This document shows, in pieces, positions 17,130 through 25,513 of a DNA stretch of 38,359 nt. The notes under the pieces were generated by a model, which worked only from the letters and a program-made list of their open reading frames with translations, had not been told where the DNA came from and ran no database searches. A program made the translations under genes and the position numbers. Numbering within the stretch: position 1 is the first letter of the stretch; every line of letters begins with the position of its first letter. Source of the DNA: Patescibacteria group bacterium (GTDB taxonomy: Bacteria > Patescibacteriota > Minisyncoccia > Phycocordibacterales > JBBUBG01); assembly GCA_040384765.1 (NCBI GenBank), contig JAZKIQ010000005.1, forward strand, positions 87,558 through 125,916, in the 5' to 3' direction.

Positions 17130-17158
17130 ATTATACCATAAAATAAAAGAGCAGGCAA
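17130..17158 (-). promoter_or_regulatory. Promoter of the orphan gene, with -35 inside the alaS terminator arm
   Basis: Minus strand TTGCCT (17153-58), 17 nt, TG-G-TATAAT (17130-35). Confidence 0.6.
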
Positions 17159-17191
17159 CACCGATCGATGTTGCCTGCTCTTTTATTTTAT
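17138..17191. terminator. alaS terminator, 23-bp perfect stem
   Basis: ATAAAATAAAAGAGCAGGCAACA-N8-TGTTGCCTGCTCTTTTATTTTAT. Confidence 0.8.
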
Positions 17192-17193
17192 CT

Positions 17194-19056
17194 TTACGCC
17201 AACACCGCCTTGATTCTTCGTATCCCCTGCGCTACGGCTTCCTCTTTCTGTATTTTGAACTGATGTTTTGCTTCCCCGGTGGCATGGTCTTGGGCGAGCT
17301 CAAGCGTGTGTTCTACGTGTGGACCACCACAAATCTCAAGGCTATACGACTCACCCCCCGCCACTTTTGGGCCGACCTGGTACACCTTTACGATCGGCTC
17401 ATACTTATCTTCAAACACACCTAGTGCGCCCTGTGCTTTTGCATCCTCAAACGGAATCTCACTCCAAGTGACCGGCAGGTCTTCCCTAATCTTCTCATTA
17501 ATAATATCTTCTACTTTTTTGATCTCTTCGGGAGACATTTTTGCCGTGTGAGAAAAATCGAAGCGTAGTCGCTCAGGCGTAATATTGCTTCCTTTCTGAA
17601 GCACATGCTCACCGAGCACCATACGAAGCGCCTGGTGAAGCATATGCGTTGCCGTGTGGTACTTCACAGACATAGGCGAGTGATCTGCGAGCCCTCCCTT
17701 GAACCGCTCTCCTGCACCAGCACGAGATACCTCCTGGTGCTTTGCCAAAAGCACTGCATACTCAGCTTCGTTTTCTATGGCTACCTTAGATGTAGTGCCG
17801 TCTTCATTTTGAATTGAAAGCTCAGAGAGCACCTCTTTTGTTACCTCGGGAGGAAAGCCAAAGCTTTGGTAGAGGTCAAACAGATCCTTTCCGGTGACGC
17901 GTCCCTTCTTTTCAAGTCGATGCGATAGCTCAGCCATACCTTTGTCGAGCGTCTCACGAAAGCGCGACTCCTCTTTGTCGATCTCGCTTTTTATCAACTC
18001 CTCATTCACCAAAAGATTCGCATATACATGCTTGTACGTTTCGATAACGGCCCCTGCGAGCCAGTAGAGCGAGCCATGCTTCATCTCAAGCGAGTCGGCA
18101 AAGCGAACGGCGCGGCGAATAAGACGACGCAAAATATATCCCTGATCAGTGTTCGAGGGCACGACACCATCTCCGACCAAAAACACAGCCGTGCGAATAT
18201 GGTCTGCGATAATACGCTTTGCGCGTATATCGTTTAGTACGGTAAAGTCCTCGAGCTTGTGCATGATGAGCTCGAACAGGTCAGTTTCGTAAGCGGTCTT
18301 CTTGCCCTGAATAAGGGCAACTACGCGCTCGAGACCAGCACCCGTATCAACATTCTTATTCGCGAGCTTACCGATCACCTTTCCATCCTTCTTTTCATAC
18401 TCCATAAACACATCGTTCCAAAACTCAACAACCTGCTGCTTGTCGTCAGCTTTCTTAAACTGCGCGAGTGTCATATCGCCGAGCCCCTCGGGCGTAACAT
18501 CGTAATACATCTCCGTATCCGGGCCACATGGACCGTTGTCACCAGGGCTCCACCAATTTTTGTCGGCAGGCAAGAAGTAGATGCGATGATCCGACACGCC
18601 AAGCGATTTCCAGATTTCTGCTGACTCGGTATCTCGCGGAGCAGTTTCATCTCCTTCGAATACGGTTACGTAGAGGCGTTTTGGATCAAGCCCAAACCCT
18701 TCTTCTCGAGAGGTGATCAGCTCGTAGCTCCAAGCGATAGCATCTTTTTTGAAATAGTCACCCAAAGACCAATTGCCAAGCATCTCGAAAAAGGTGTGAT
18801 GAGTATTATCGCCAACCTCTTCGATGTCGTTTGTGCGTACGCATTTTTGCGCATCGGCAATGCGTTTTCCTGCAGGGTGTTTTTGCCCCAAAAGATACGG
18901 CACGAGCGGCTGCATGCCAGCAGTATTAAAAAGGACCGACGGGTCATTCTCGGGAACAAGCGAGGCGGAAGGGATGATAGCGTGGCCGCGCTTTGCAAAA
19001 AAATCTAAAAATCGCTTACGAATTTCGGCTGAAGTAAGTGTTGGCATATATGACAT
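17194..19056 (-). CDS. alaS: Alanine--tRNA ligase, short form
   Basis: FNTAGMQP, HHTFFEMLGNWS, VDTGAGLER, GYILRRLIRR, editing motifs HTATH and CGGPH; ends GIRRIKA. Start 19056 or 19047. Confidence 0.97.
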   Translation of the reverse strand: MSYMPTLTSAEIRKRFLDFFAKRGHAIIPSASLVPENDPSVLFNTAGMQPLVPYLLGQKHPAGKRIADAQKCVRTNDIEEVGDNTHHTFFEMLGNWSLGDYFKKDAIAWSYELITSREEGFGLDPKRLYVTVFEGDETAPRDTESAEIWKSLGVSDHRIYFLPADKNWWSPGDNGPCGPDTEMYYDVTPEGLGDMTLAQFKKADDKQQVVEFWNDVFMEYEKKDGKVIGKLANKNVDTGAGLERVVALIQGKKTAYETDLFELIMHKLEDFTVLNDIRAKRIIADHIRTAVFLVGDGVVPSNTDQGYILRRLIRRAVRFADSLEMKHGSLYWLAGAVIETYKHVYANLLVNEELIKSEIDKEESRFRETLDKGMAELSHRLEKKGRVTGKDLFDLYQSFGFPPEVTKEVLSELSIQNEDGTTSKVAIENEAEYAVLLAKHQEVSRAGAGERFKGGLADHSPMSVKYHTATHMLHQALRMVLGEHVLQKGSNITPERLRFDFSHTAKMSPEEIKKVEDIINEKIREDLPVTWSEIPFEDAKAQGALGVFEDKYEPIVKVYQVGPKVAGGESYSLEICGGPHVEHTLELAQDHATGEAKHQFKIQKEEAVAQGIRRIKAVLA

Positions 19057-19091
19057 AAGGTATCGTATATCCTACCGTAAACACCATAAAA

Positions 19092-19212
19092 AAAGAATGG
19101 CCACAACTCGTTTTCTGCTAAAAACGGTCGCAGCCCCCGCCTCAGTCGCCTTCGCTCCTTCCGGCCCCATTCTTGTTTTAATGAAGGGTTGCCTTCATTA
19201 AAACAAGAATGG
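19092..19212. repeat. Structured intergenic repeat, family A copy 2
   Basis: Core 19129-19166 matches 1378-1415; followed by a perfect 21-bp stem 19167-19212. Confidence 0.8.
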
Positions 19213-19244
19213 CCAGGTACTGAACTTTCGTTCTGTACCTGGCC
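19211..19244. terminator. Hairpin downstream of the GC-rich cassette
   Basis: GGCCAGGTAC-T-GAAC-TTTC-GTTC-T-GTACCTGGCC (GAAA loop on the minus strand). Confidence 0.55.
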
Positions 19245-19260
19245 GAGAACCGGACGAGGG

Positions 19261-19422
19261 CTATCCCCCCTTGAGGCGGCGCGCATGATTCGGAGCTCTG
19301 GGCTCCCTCCTCTGCGGCTTCTTCACCTCGTCCTTGAGAGACCGCTTCGCCGCCGTGACTTCGAGTGCGATTCCCCGAAGGGCATCGCGCGTCGGCTGCC
19401 AGGCCGGCTGCATGTTGAACAT
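19261..19422 (-). CDS. Small basic protein (53 aa; below the ORF-track cutoff)
   Basis: AAGGAGGTGA SD before ATG; MFNMQPAWQPTRDALRGIALEVTAAKRSLKDEVKKPQRREPRAPNHARRLKGG. Confidence 0.6.
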   Translation of the reverse strand: MFNMQPAWQPTRDALRGIALEVTAAKRSLKDEVKKPQRREPRAPNHARRLKGG

Positions 19423-19455
19423 AAGATCACCTCCTTCCCTTTGTCTGTTCGCAGA

Positions 19456-20667
19456 CTAGCCGAGGAGCGAGATCGCGGCATTGGCCATCCGATCCGCCGA
19501 CTCGCCCAGCCGCTTGGGCATGATGTACACCTCGCCCTGCGTCTTCGCCATCGCCTTCGCCTTGCGGTTGTTCGCTTCGAGCAGCGCGCCGAGCCCCGAG
19601 CGGAGCTTCGTCATACTGCCGTCCGTGGCATCGAAGTACGTGCCCTGCTCCCACGAGGAGTAGCCGACCATGCCGAAGTTCTTCATCGACACGCGCCGTG
19701 CATATTCGCCCGCGCAGTACGAGACGACGGGCACCTTGCGGAACCCGGCGCACACCCGCACCGTGGAGCGATACTCGATGAGCGCATCTGCGGCAACGAC
19801 GAGCTTCTCGGTCGGCATCATCTTCTTCGTGAACACCCGCACCGCCACCGCACCCGAGGAGAAGAGCCCCTCGAAGCCGCGCGCCGCCTTCTCGATCTCG
19901 TCCGTGCTGCCACGGTACTGGTCGAGGAGCAGATCGGCGTAAAACGACTGCTCGTCCTTGCCCGCTGCCTCCATAACCGGGTTAGGAACGAAGGCATGCT
20001 GCCTGAGGATGTTGTCGAGGTTCGACTTGCGCGTCAGCACCTCGCCGGGGTGGAGCGCGAGCGCCACCATGAACTGCATCGTGGAGTCGCACTCGGCCAT
20101 CTCGGCCACCGTGGTGATCGCCGCCTGGAAGAGCGGGATGTTGACCAGGATGTCCTTGGTGCCCGGTACGACGACGAGCTTCTTCTGTTCATCGATGCCG
20201 ATCGACTCACGGACACTCGATCGCGTCGTCTGGTCGAGGGCGAGCCGCTCCCATTCAGGAGAGCCCACGACGACCACCTGCGCGTTCGGGAAGTTCTTGC
20301 GAGCCATCGGGACATCTTCCTTCACGATGACCATGATCATCGTGAACATGTGTGCCACAGAGCTGAAGATCGTAGCGCCACGCCCTGCCGAATCCGGCAC
20401 GTCGAGCACACCAACCACCTTCTCACCTTGCGCCCACGCAGCCGTGATCGCCGGGATCTCGAGGGACTGAGCCCTCGACTCGTCGGAGGTGAGGCCCGTC
20501 ACGAGCATGTCCGCACTCTCTACTTCGAGCCGATTGAGCTTCGCCGGCTTTCCGAGCGCGAACTGCCGGAGCACCTTATGCCCCTGTCGTTCGATCAGAT
20601 CCGCCATCGGCCGCATCACCGTTTCACTGCCAACCATGTCGGCAACGAATGCACACGTGATCTCCAT
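19456..20667 (-). CDS. Divergent GT-B-fold protein (glycosyltransferase / CDP-glycerol transferase / epimerase-like)
   Basis: VVVVGSP linker, ALHPGE, LVVAADALI..STV...AG..KVPVV nucleotide-binding helix pattern; AGGAGG SD; GC-rich codons. Confidence 0.6.
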   Translation of the reverse strand: MEITCAFVADMVGSETVMRPMADLIERQGHKVLRQFALGKPAKLNRLEVESADMLVTGLTSDESRAQSLEIPAITAAWAQGEKVVGVLDVPDSAGRGATIFSSVAHMFTMIMVIVKEDVPMARKNFPNAQVVVVGSPEWERLALDQTTRSSVRESIGIDEQKKLVVVPGTKDILVNIPLFQAAITTVAEMAECDSTMQFMVALALHPGEVLTRKSNLDNILRQHAFVPNPVMEAAGKDEQSFYADLLLDQYRGSTDEIEKAARGFEGLFSSGAVAVRVFTKKMMPTEKLVVAADALIEYRSTVRVCAGFRKVPVVSYCAGEYARRVSMKNFGMVGYSSWEQGTYFDATDGSMTKLRSGLGALLEANNRKAKAMAKTQGEVYIMPKRLGESADRMANAAISLLG

Positions 20668-20752
20668 CTATCTCCTCCTGGGTTTTCCGCACTCTTTGCG
20701 TCACAGACAAAATATACGCTACAACAAAATTACAGATATAGCAATACCTTCG

Positions 20753-21808
20753 CTAAGCGATAATCCCACCGCCTACGCACACATCCCCCTCATAGAGCAC
20801 GAGCGACTGCCCTGGGGTAATCGCTTTTTGTGGACGATCAAAACAGACCTCTGTTTCTGAAAGAAGCGTGCACGCTTCGAGCGGCTGGCGATAGCGAAGG
20901 CGAGCTTGGTATTTTTTATCCAATGCTGGCGCTCGGCCAGAAATGGTGTGAAATTTCTCAACCGTCACCATATCTTTTGCAGCTTCTCCAAGCGGATCGT
21001 GCGATACGGTGATCTCATTTTTCTCGTGATCTTTGGCAACAACATAGTAGGGCAGCTCGCTCGGACTCTTCTTGGTGATAGTAAACCCATGCCGCTCACC
21101 AATGGTGTAGAGAGCCGCCCCATCGTGCCCCCCTATCACCTTCCCCTCTAGGTCAACGACAGCACCAGGGGCTACATCGATATATCGCGCGAGAAAATCT
21201 TTCATATCAACATGTCCCACAAAACAAAGGCCCTGGCTGTCTTTTTTCTCCGCCACCGGAAGACCGTATTTCGAGGCAAGGGCACGCACCTCGGATTTTT
21301 GGAGATGGCCTATGGGAAAAAGCGTATGCGAAAGCTCCTCTTGGCCAACTGTCCAGAGGAAGTAGGTTTGGTCTTTGTTGCGATCTAAAGAAGTTTGTAG
21401 TTGATAGTTTGTAGTTGATAGTTGAACTCGGGCATAGTGGCCAGTCGCAACATAATCCGCTCCCATTGAAAGCGCTTTTTTCAAGAACGCGCCAAATTTT
21501 ATCTCCCGATTGCACATCACATCTGGGTTTGGCGTACGCCCCGCTTTGTACTCTGTGATCATATAGTCGATCACGCCCTCCTTGTACTCTTTTTCAAAAT
21601 CGAATGTCAGAAGTGGGATATCAAGCACGGCTGCCACCCGCATCGCATCACGCCGCTCCTCGGGCCATGTGCACGGCAGCCACTCGGGACTCCAGGTTTT
21701 CATAAACACACCCACGACGTCATAGCCCTGCTCTTTGAGCAAGGCTGCTGAGACCGACGAGTCTACCCCGCCAGACATTCCTACAAATACAACTTTTTTG
21801 CGATCCAT
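20753..21808 (-). CDS. mnmA: tRNA-specific 2-thiouridylase
   Basis: MSGGVDSSV, TPNPDVMCN, ATGHYA, KDQTYFL, DSQGLCFVG, TPGQ; ATG 21808. Confidence 0.97.
   Translation of the reverse strand: MDRKKVVFVGMSGGVDSSVSAALLKEQGYDVVGVFMKTWSPEWLPCTWPEERRDAMRVAAVLDIPLLTFDFEKEYKEGVIDYMITEYKAGRTPNPDVMCNREIKFGAFLKKALSMGADYVATGHYARVQLSTTNYQLQTSLDRNKDQTYFLWTVGQEELSHTLFPIGHLQKSEVRALASKYGLPVAEKKDSQGLCFVGHVDMKDFLARYIDVAPGAVVDLEGKVIGGHDGAALYTIGERHGFTITKKSPSELPYYVVAKDHEKNEITVSHDPLGEAAKDMVTVEKFHTISGRAPALDKKYQARLRYRQPLEACTLLSETEVCFDRPQKAITPGQSLVLYEGDVCVGGGIIA
21391..21425. repeat. In-frame TAGTTGA heptamer tract inside mnmA
   Basis: AAGTTTG TAGTTGA TAGTTTG TAGTTGA TAGTTGA, encoding QLSTTNYQLQT. Confidence 0.8.
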
Positions 21809-21817
21809 AAGTGAAAT

Positions 21818-21944
21818 AAATTCCAAACACCAAATCCCAAATTCCAGAAAAATTCGAATCTTCAACTAACCAAAAAAACAAAGAGTCATTTGAAATTTTA
21901 AATTTGGATATTGTCTGGGATTTGGTGCTTGGAATTTGGGATTT
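21818..21944. repeat. Palindromic heptamer element, family C copy 2
   Basis: Left arm AAATTCCAAACACCAAATCCCAAATTCCAGA; right arm TCTGGGATTTGGTGCTTGGAATTTGGGATTT. Confidence 0.8.
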
Positions 21945-21945
21945 C

Positions 21946-22905
21946 TTAGTCTAGATATCGTCTCTTGTTGGCAAGATGGGATTCGTAAGTGGCAGCATAG
22001 TGCATATTCCCATTGTGATCCGACAAGAAGAACCAATACTTCGACGCCGTGGGATGAATCGCATCGCGAATCGCGGCAAGTCCAGGGTTCGCTATCGGGC
22101 CGACCGGAAGGCCTTTATATTTGTATACGTTGTACGGAGAGTCAATGAGCAGGTCCTTGAGGGTAAGCTCGGAGGTTGGCTTACTGAACAGATAGTAGAA
22201 CACCGCGTCCACCTGAAGTGGCACATTGTTGTCGATGCGTTTCCACAAAATACCGCTAATAGTTTTGCGCGTTTCGGGCGTGCGAGCCTCGCGTTCGAGG
22301 ATCGACGCCATGATCACGGTCTCTTCCCAGGTTCGATTGCTCATTTCTGCAGCAAGCCGCAGCTCAGCCGTTTTTGTGGTGAAATTAGTGCTCATTGCAT
22401 GCAAAATCTCATCTTCGGTCACCCCTTTTGCAAAAATATAGGTGTCCGGGAAAAGGTACCCCTCGAGATCGGCTGCTTTTTTAAGAAATGCCTGCTTGTT
22501 AAACGTGCCAAACTTCTTCTCAAGCATCTGGGCAATCTGCTTGTTGTTCATCCCCTCAATCACCGTCACCCGAACACCACTGATACCAAAAATAATATCG
22601 GTCGTCTTCACGATCACCCCAAAGAGGTTGGTCGGTTCAGTAAAAAGATACTCCCCTGCCACAACACCCCTCACTGGAGATGCGAGCGATGCAACAATCT
22701 TAAAGAGAAACGGTGAACGAATAATATGCATCGCATGGAGCTTGTTCGCCACTTGGCCAATGCTCTCCCCACGATTGATCTCCGCTATAGAGTCCACCGG
22801 AAAGTTGCTTGGTGCGCGGATACCGAAATAGTAAAAGAGCAAGAGTACGGCAAGCGCAGCGACAATGACAAGCTTGAGAGATGTGCGAGAAATGTATCGG
22901 CTCAT
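21946..22905 (-). CDS. mltG: Endolytic transglycosylase MltG
   Basis: N-terminal TM, LEGYLFPDTY, MASILERE, LQVDA, DSPYNVY..GLPVGPIANPG. Confidence 0.95.
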   Translation of the reverse strand: MSRYISRTSLKLVIVAALAVLLLFYYFGIRAPSNFPVDSIAEINRGESIGQVANKLHAMHIIRSPFLFKIVASLASPVRGVVAGEYLFTEPTNLFGVIVKTTDIIFGISGVRVTVIEGMNNKQIAQMLEKKFGTFNKQAFLKKAADLEGYLFPDTYIFAKGVTEDEILHAMSTNFTTKTAELRLAAEMSNRTWEETVIMASILEREARTPETRKTISGILWKRIDNNVPLQVDAVFYYLFSKPTSELTLKDLLIDSPYNVYKYKGLPVGPIANPGLAAIRDAIHPTASKYWFFLSDHNGNMHYAATYESHLANKRRYLD

Positions 22906-22932
22906 GGTGATTGCTAAAGCGTATGCATCCTA

Positions 22933-24174
22933 TTATATCGGAAGATTTACCGGCGCCTCTGATTTCTTTGATTCAATGCGAGAAAGAGTAGGTGTTTCGG
23001 TTGATGCACCCGGAATATGCCACAGCGTAGCAAGCTCCTCGTTTGAAAGCACAAATGAAGGGCGAATGTACGGCTCGAAGAAAAAGCCGCGCTTTGAATA
23101 CTCTTCATAAAACTGCTGCTTGCGCTTCTTGCGACGAATGCCAAACGGATCTTCGATCGCTTCGATATCAAAACCCGTATAGTTCGTAATCGAAAAGTCG
23201 TTGAAGGCATTCGAGCCAAACACGCGCAAAAGCCCGATCTGAGACGCAATATGCGGAACGGTAAATTTTCCTTTGCGAGCAAGATAGACCGAGCGAATCC
23301 CTACATCAAAAAGACGCTTACTCGCCTTTCTTTCGGTCGCCTCTACAATCTCCTTCTCTTGAGTAGAGAGCGTTGACTCAAGAAAGCCGAGCGTCTTTCC
23401 CTCCTTTTCTTTTTTCTCAAGGAGATTGATCTTCCGAATCTCTCTTAGAAACTCCTCGACGCGCTTAGAAAAAGGCGCCGGCCAGTCTCCAGGCTTTGGC
23501 GGCTTCGGGTCGTGCGCCTGAAGCAATATCTGAAACCAGAAGTTTTCTCCCGGGCCCATCGTGCCCATAAACTCAACGATCTGGGAAAGCGGGTCGATCT
23601 TGAACTCCTCCTTTGGGTCTTTGTCGAGGCCCCATTCGATATACGTTTTTATAGGCAACACGTCGCCCGCCTTTGCCTTTGTTTTGTAGTGGGTTGCCCA
23701 CATCTCCCAGTTTTTCTCATCGGGAGTATATGGGCAAAGCGGCGTATAATCCTCGGCCTCGTGAATCTCGATTGCTGGATACTGAGCGTACAGCTGTGAC
23801 TCGATCAGGTTGCGAAACCCGATCGGCGTATAGACATAGAAATGAAGCTCGCCTTCAATAGAAGCGATCTCGAGCGTCCACCAGGGGCGGATCTTGCCAA
23901 GGTAGTACCAGTCCCACCAGTTTGATGGTGAGGTCTGGAACATGGCGTTGCCGATCACCACCTCGATTCCCTTCGGATTTTTCGGAGACTCTTTTGGGAT
24001 CTTTATCTCAAGAAGAACAAACTTTGTTTTAGAAATCGTGAGTTGCTGCACATAGCGCACCCAAAGCTCCCAGAATAAAAATCCCGAGATGAACACAAAT
24101 GCGAATGGAAGATACACAGCAGACGCGGCAAAAGCATCCTGAACTGCTCCCAAAAGTAGTGTTGTCAAACTCAT
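22933..24174 (-). CDS. Conserved CPR membrane protein resembling the N-terminal module of TrwB/VirD4-like ATPases, with no ATPase domain
   Basis: TM; LLEIKIPK, TLEIAS..LHFYV, ESQLYAQYP.IEI.E.EDY, FVLSNEELATLWHIP; no Walker A. Confidence 0.6.
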   Translation of the reverse strand: MSLTTLLLGAVQDAFAASAVYLPFAFVFISGFLFWELWVRYVQQLTISKTKFVLLEIKIPKESPKNPKGIEVVIGNAMFQTSPSNWWDWYYLGKIRPWWTLEIASIEGELHFYVYTPIGFRNLIESQLYAQYPAIEIHEAEDYTPLCPYTPDEKNWEMWATHYKTKAKAGDVLPIKTYIEWGLDKDPKEEFKIDPLSQIVEFMGTMGPGENFWFQILLQAHDPKPPKPGDWPAPFSKRVEEFLREIRKINLLEKKEKEGKTLGFLESTLSTQEKEIVEATERKASKRLFDVGIRSVYLARKGKFTVPHIASQIGLLRVFGSNAFNDFSITNYTGFDIEAIEDPFGIRRKKRKQQFYEEYSKRGFFFEPYIRPSFVLSNEELATLWHIPGASTETPTLSRIESKKSEAPVNLPI

Positions 24175-24211
24175 ACTAAATATGAAAAAACAAAAATGGA
24201 GCGAGGCACCC

Positions 24212-24333
24212 TAGAGTGAATTAAAAGTCCCAGATCCGAGGCGGCAAGGAGAGATAAAGCTGAGCTGTAGATGAGCTACTGCGAGGCTTTTCTCGACGCA
24301 GGCAACGAAGGAGGTGGGCTTTTAAGCACTCTA
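24212..24333. mobile_element. Structured TAG...CTA element, family D copy 2
   Basis: TAGAGTG..TTAAAAG.CCCA / TGGG.CTTTTAA.CACTCTA; internal CGAGGCG..AGCTGTAG-N5-CTACTGCG..GCAACGAAG; CTAG at both ends. Confidence 0.75.
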
Positions 24334-25365
24334 GGCGAGGAGGTAGCGTCCTGCGTCATCCCGCTTGAAACGCTTCGAATTCTGGAGATTCACGCCAATC
24401 GTATTCTCCTTCACATATCGCTCTTTGAGCACTTTCTTTACGATGTCGTTTTTTGTAAGCGGACCCTCCTTTGAAAGGATTGAGGTAATAATATCGCGAA
24501 CTGTGCCTTTTGAGTATCCCCAAGATGAAAGCGCGTAGAGTCCACGGCCAACAAGAACGAATCGTGCGTCTTTAATAAGCTCGTTGTGGCACGTTGCCAC
24601 GTGTGCACTGCGGCCAAACTGGTCTTTGATCGAACGGGCAACTTCGGTGAAATGCATCGGTGAGCCGTGCGAGCGCAGCACAAGAAAAGCGAGATCTCGC
24701 ATACCGCGGATTTTGATGTTGGGAGAAGATGAAACGCCCCATCCGCCAAGCGGGTTTGAGCCAACCTCTTTTGAAAGCGCGAGCCAGCGGCGTGCAACAT
24801 CCTCGTCCTTCATGTTTGGCACGTAGCGCTCGAGATGCGAAAGGAAAAGCGCAGTAATCTCTGCATCTGAAAGCACATCATCCTCATCAAGGTTCTCTGA
24901 AAGCGCGCGAAGTGCGGCATGCACCTTTTCTGAACGATCCTTATTTACCGTCCAGCGATGATGAAACTCATCATCCTCCTTCTGCTTTACGAACTCATCA
25001 CCGAGAACAAGAAGAAAGTGGATATGGTTCTGGAGAGTTTCATCTTTTGCGAGATGCGAAAGAAAATGTCGCTCATGGGCAACACCAGCGCCATACTCTT
25101 CGAGATGGCCCTTGAGCTCAAGGAGCGCGTCTGCAGCCTCGGCATACTCATCTGACTTTTTGATTGCGGCGATCGCAAAGTTTTCGATCTGTCGCACCCG
25201 CTCACGGGTAATATCGTAGCTATCCCCAATCGCTTCAAGCGTCATGCGGTTGCCGCTCTCAAGACCAAACCGCTTTTTCACCACATCGCGAGCGCGAGTC
25301 GGCAATACCGAAAGAAGCTCCTTCGAGACGGCTTTTGGCTTAAATGTGATTTTGATAGTCGACAT
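24331..25365 (-). CDS. Sigma70 region-4 HTH protein with C-terminal winged-helix (RNAP-delta/HARE-HTH-like) domains
   Basis: KRFGL..MTLEAIGDSYDITRERVRQIE; PMHFTEVA..HNELIKDARFVLVGRGLYAL..W. Confidence 0.8.
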   Translation of the reverse strand: MSTIKITFKPKAVSKELLSVLPTRARDVVKKRFGLESGNRMTLEAIGDSYDITRERVRQIENFAIAAIKKSDEYAEAADALLELKGHLEEYGAGVAHERHFLSHLAKDETLQNHIHFLLVLGDEFVKQKEDDEFHHRWTVNKDRSEKVHAALRALSENLDEDDVLSDAEITALFLSHLERYVPNMKDEDVARRWLALSKEVGSNPLGGWGVSSSPNIKIRGMRDLAFLVLRSHGSPMHFTEVARSIKDQFGRSAHVATCHNELIKDARFVLVGRGLYALSSWGYSKGTVRDIITSILSKEGPLTKNDIVKKVLKERYVKENTIGVNLQNSKRFKRDDAGRYLLA

Positions 25366-25410
25366 AATGATGTACTCTTTGTATCACTTCTTGGGAGATT
25401 CGTCAAATAA

Positions 25411-25439
25411 TTATTACCATCTCACGCGGAAAGTGTCAA
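25411..25439 (-). promoter_or_regulatory. Probable promoter of the sigma-4 HTH gene
   Basis: Minus strand TTGACA (25434-39), 17 nt, TG-G-TAATAA. Confidence 0.55.
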
Positions 25440-25509
25440 TCCCGTTAGAGCAAGGAGGCTTTGGAGTTGCCAAAGTCTCATCTGATTAGGCAAGATTGCT
25501 CTAACGGGA
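25440..25509. mobile_element. MITE-like element, family B copy 2 (70 bp)
   Basis: TIR TCCCGTTAGAGCAA/TTGCTCTAACGGGA, flanked by TCAA direct repeats (25436-39, 25510-13). Confidence 0.8.
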
Positions 25510-25513
25510 TCAA

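Noticed and set aside
19189-20763. 524-aa plus-strand ORF
   Set aside because: Antisense shadow of the GC-rich minus-strand gene; Arg/His-rich with no motifs, while the minus strand has the SD and fold signature.
21809-21865. N-terminal extensions called for mnmA (also mutY, murD, infA, pfkB, yqeY, leuS)
   Set aside because: They run through repeats, promoters or neighbouring genes; downstream ATGs match family starts.
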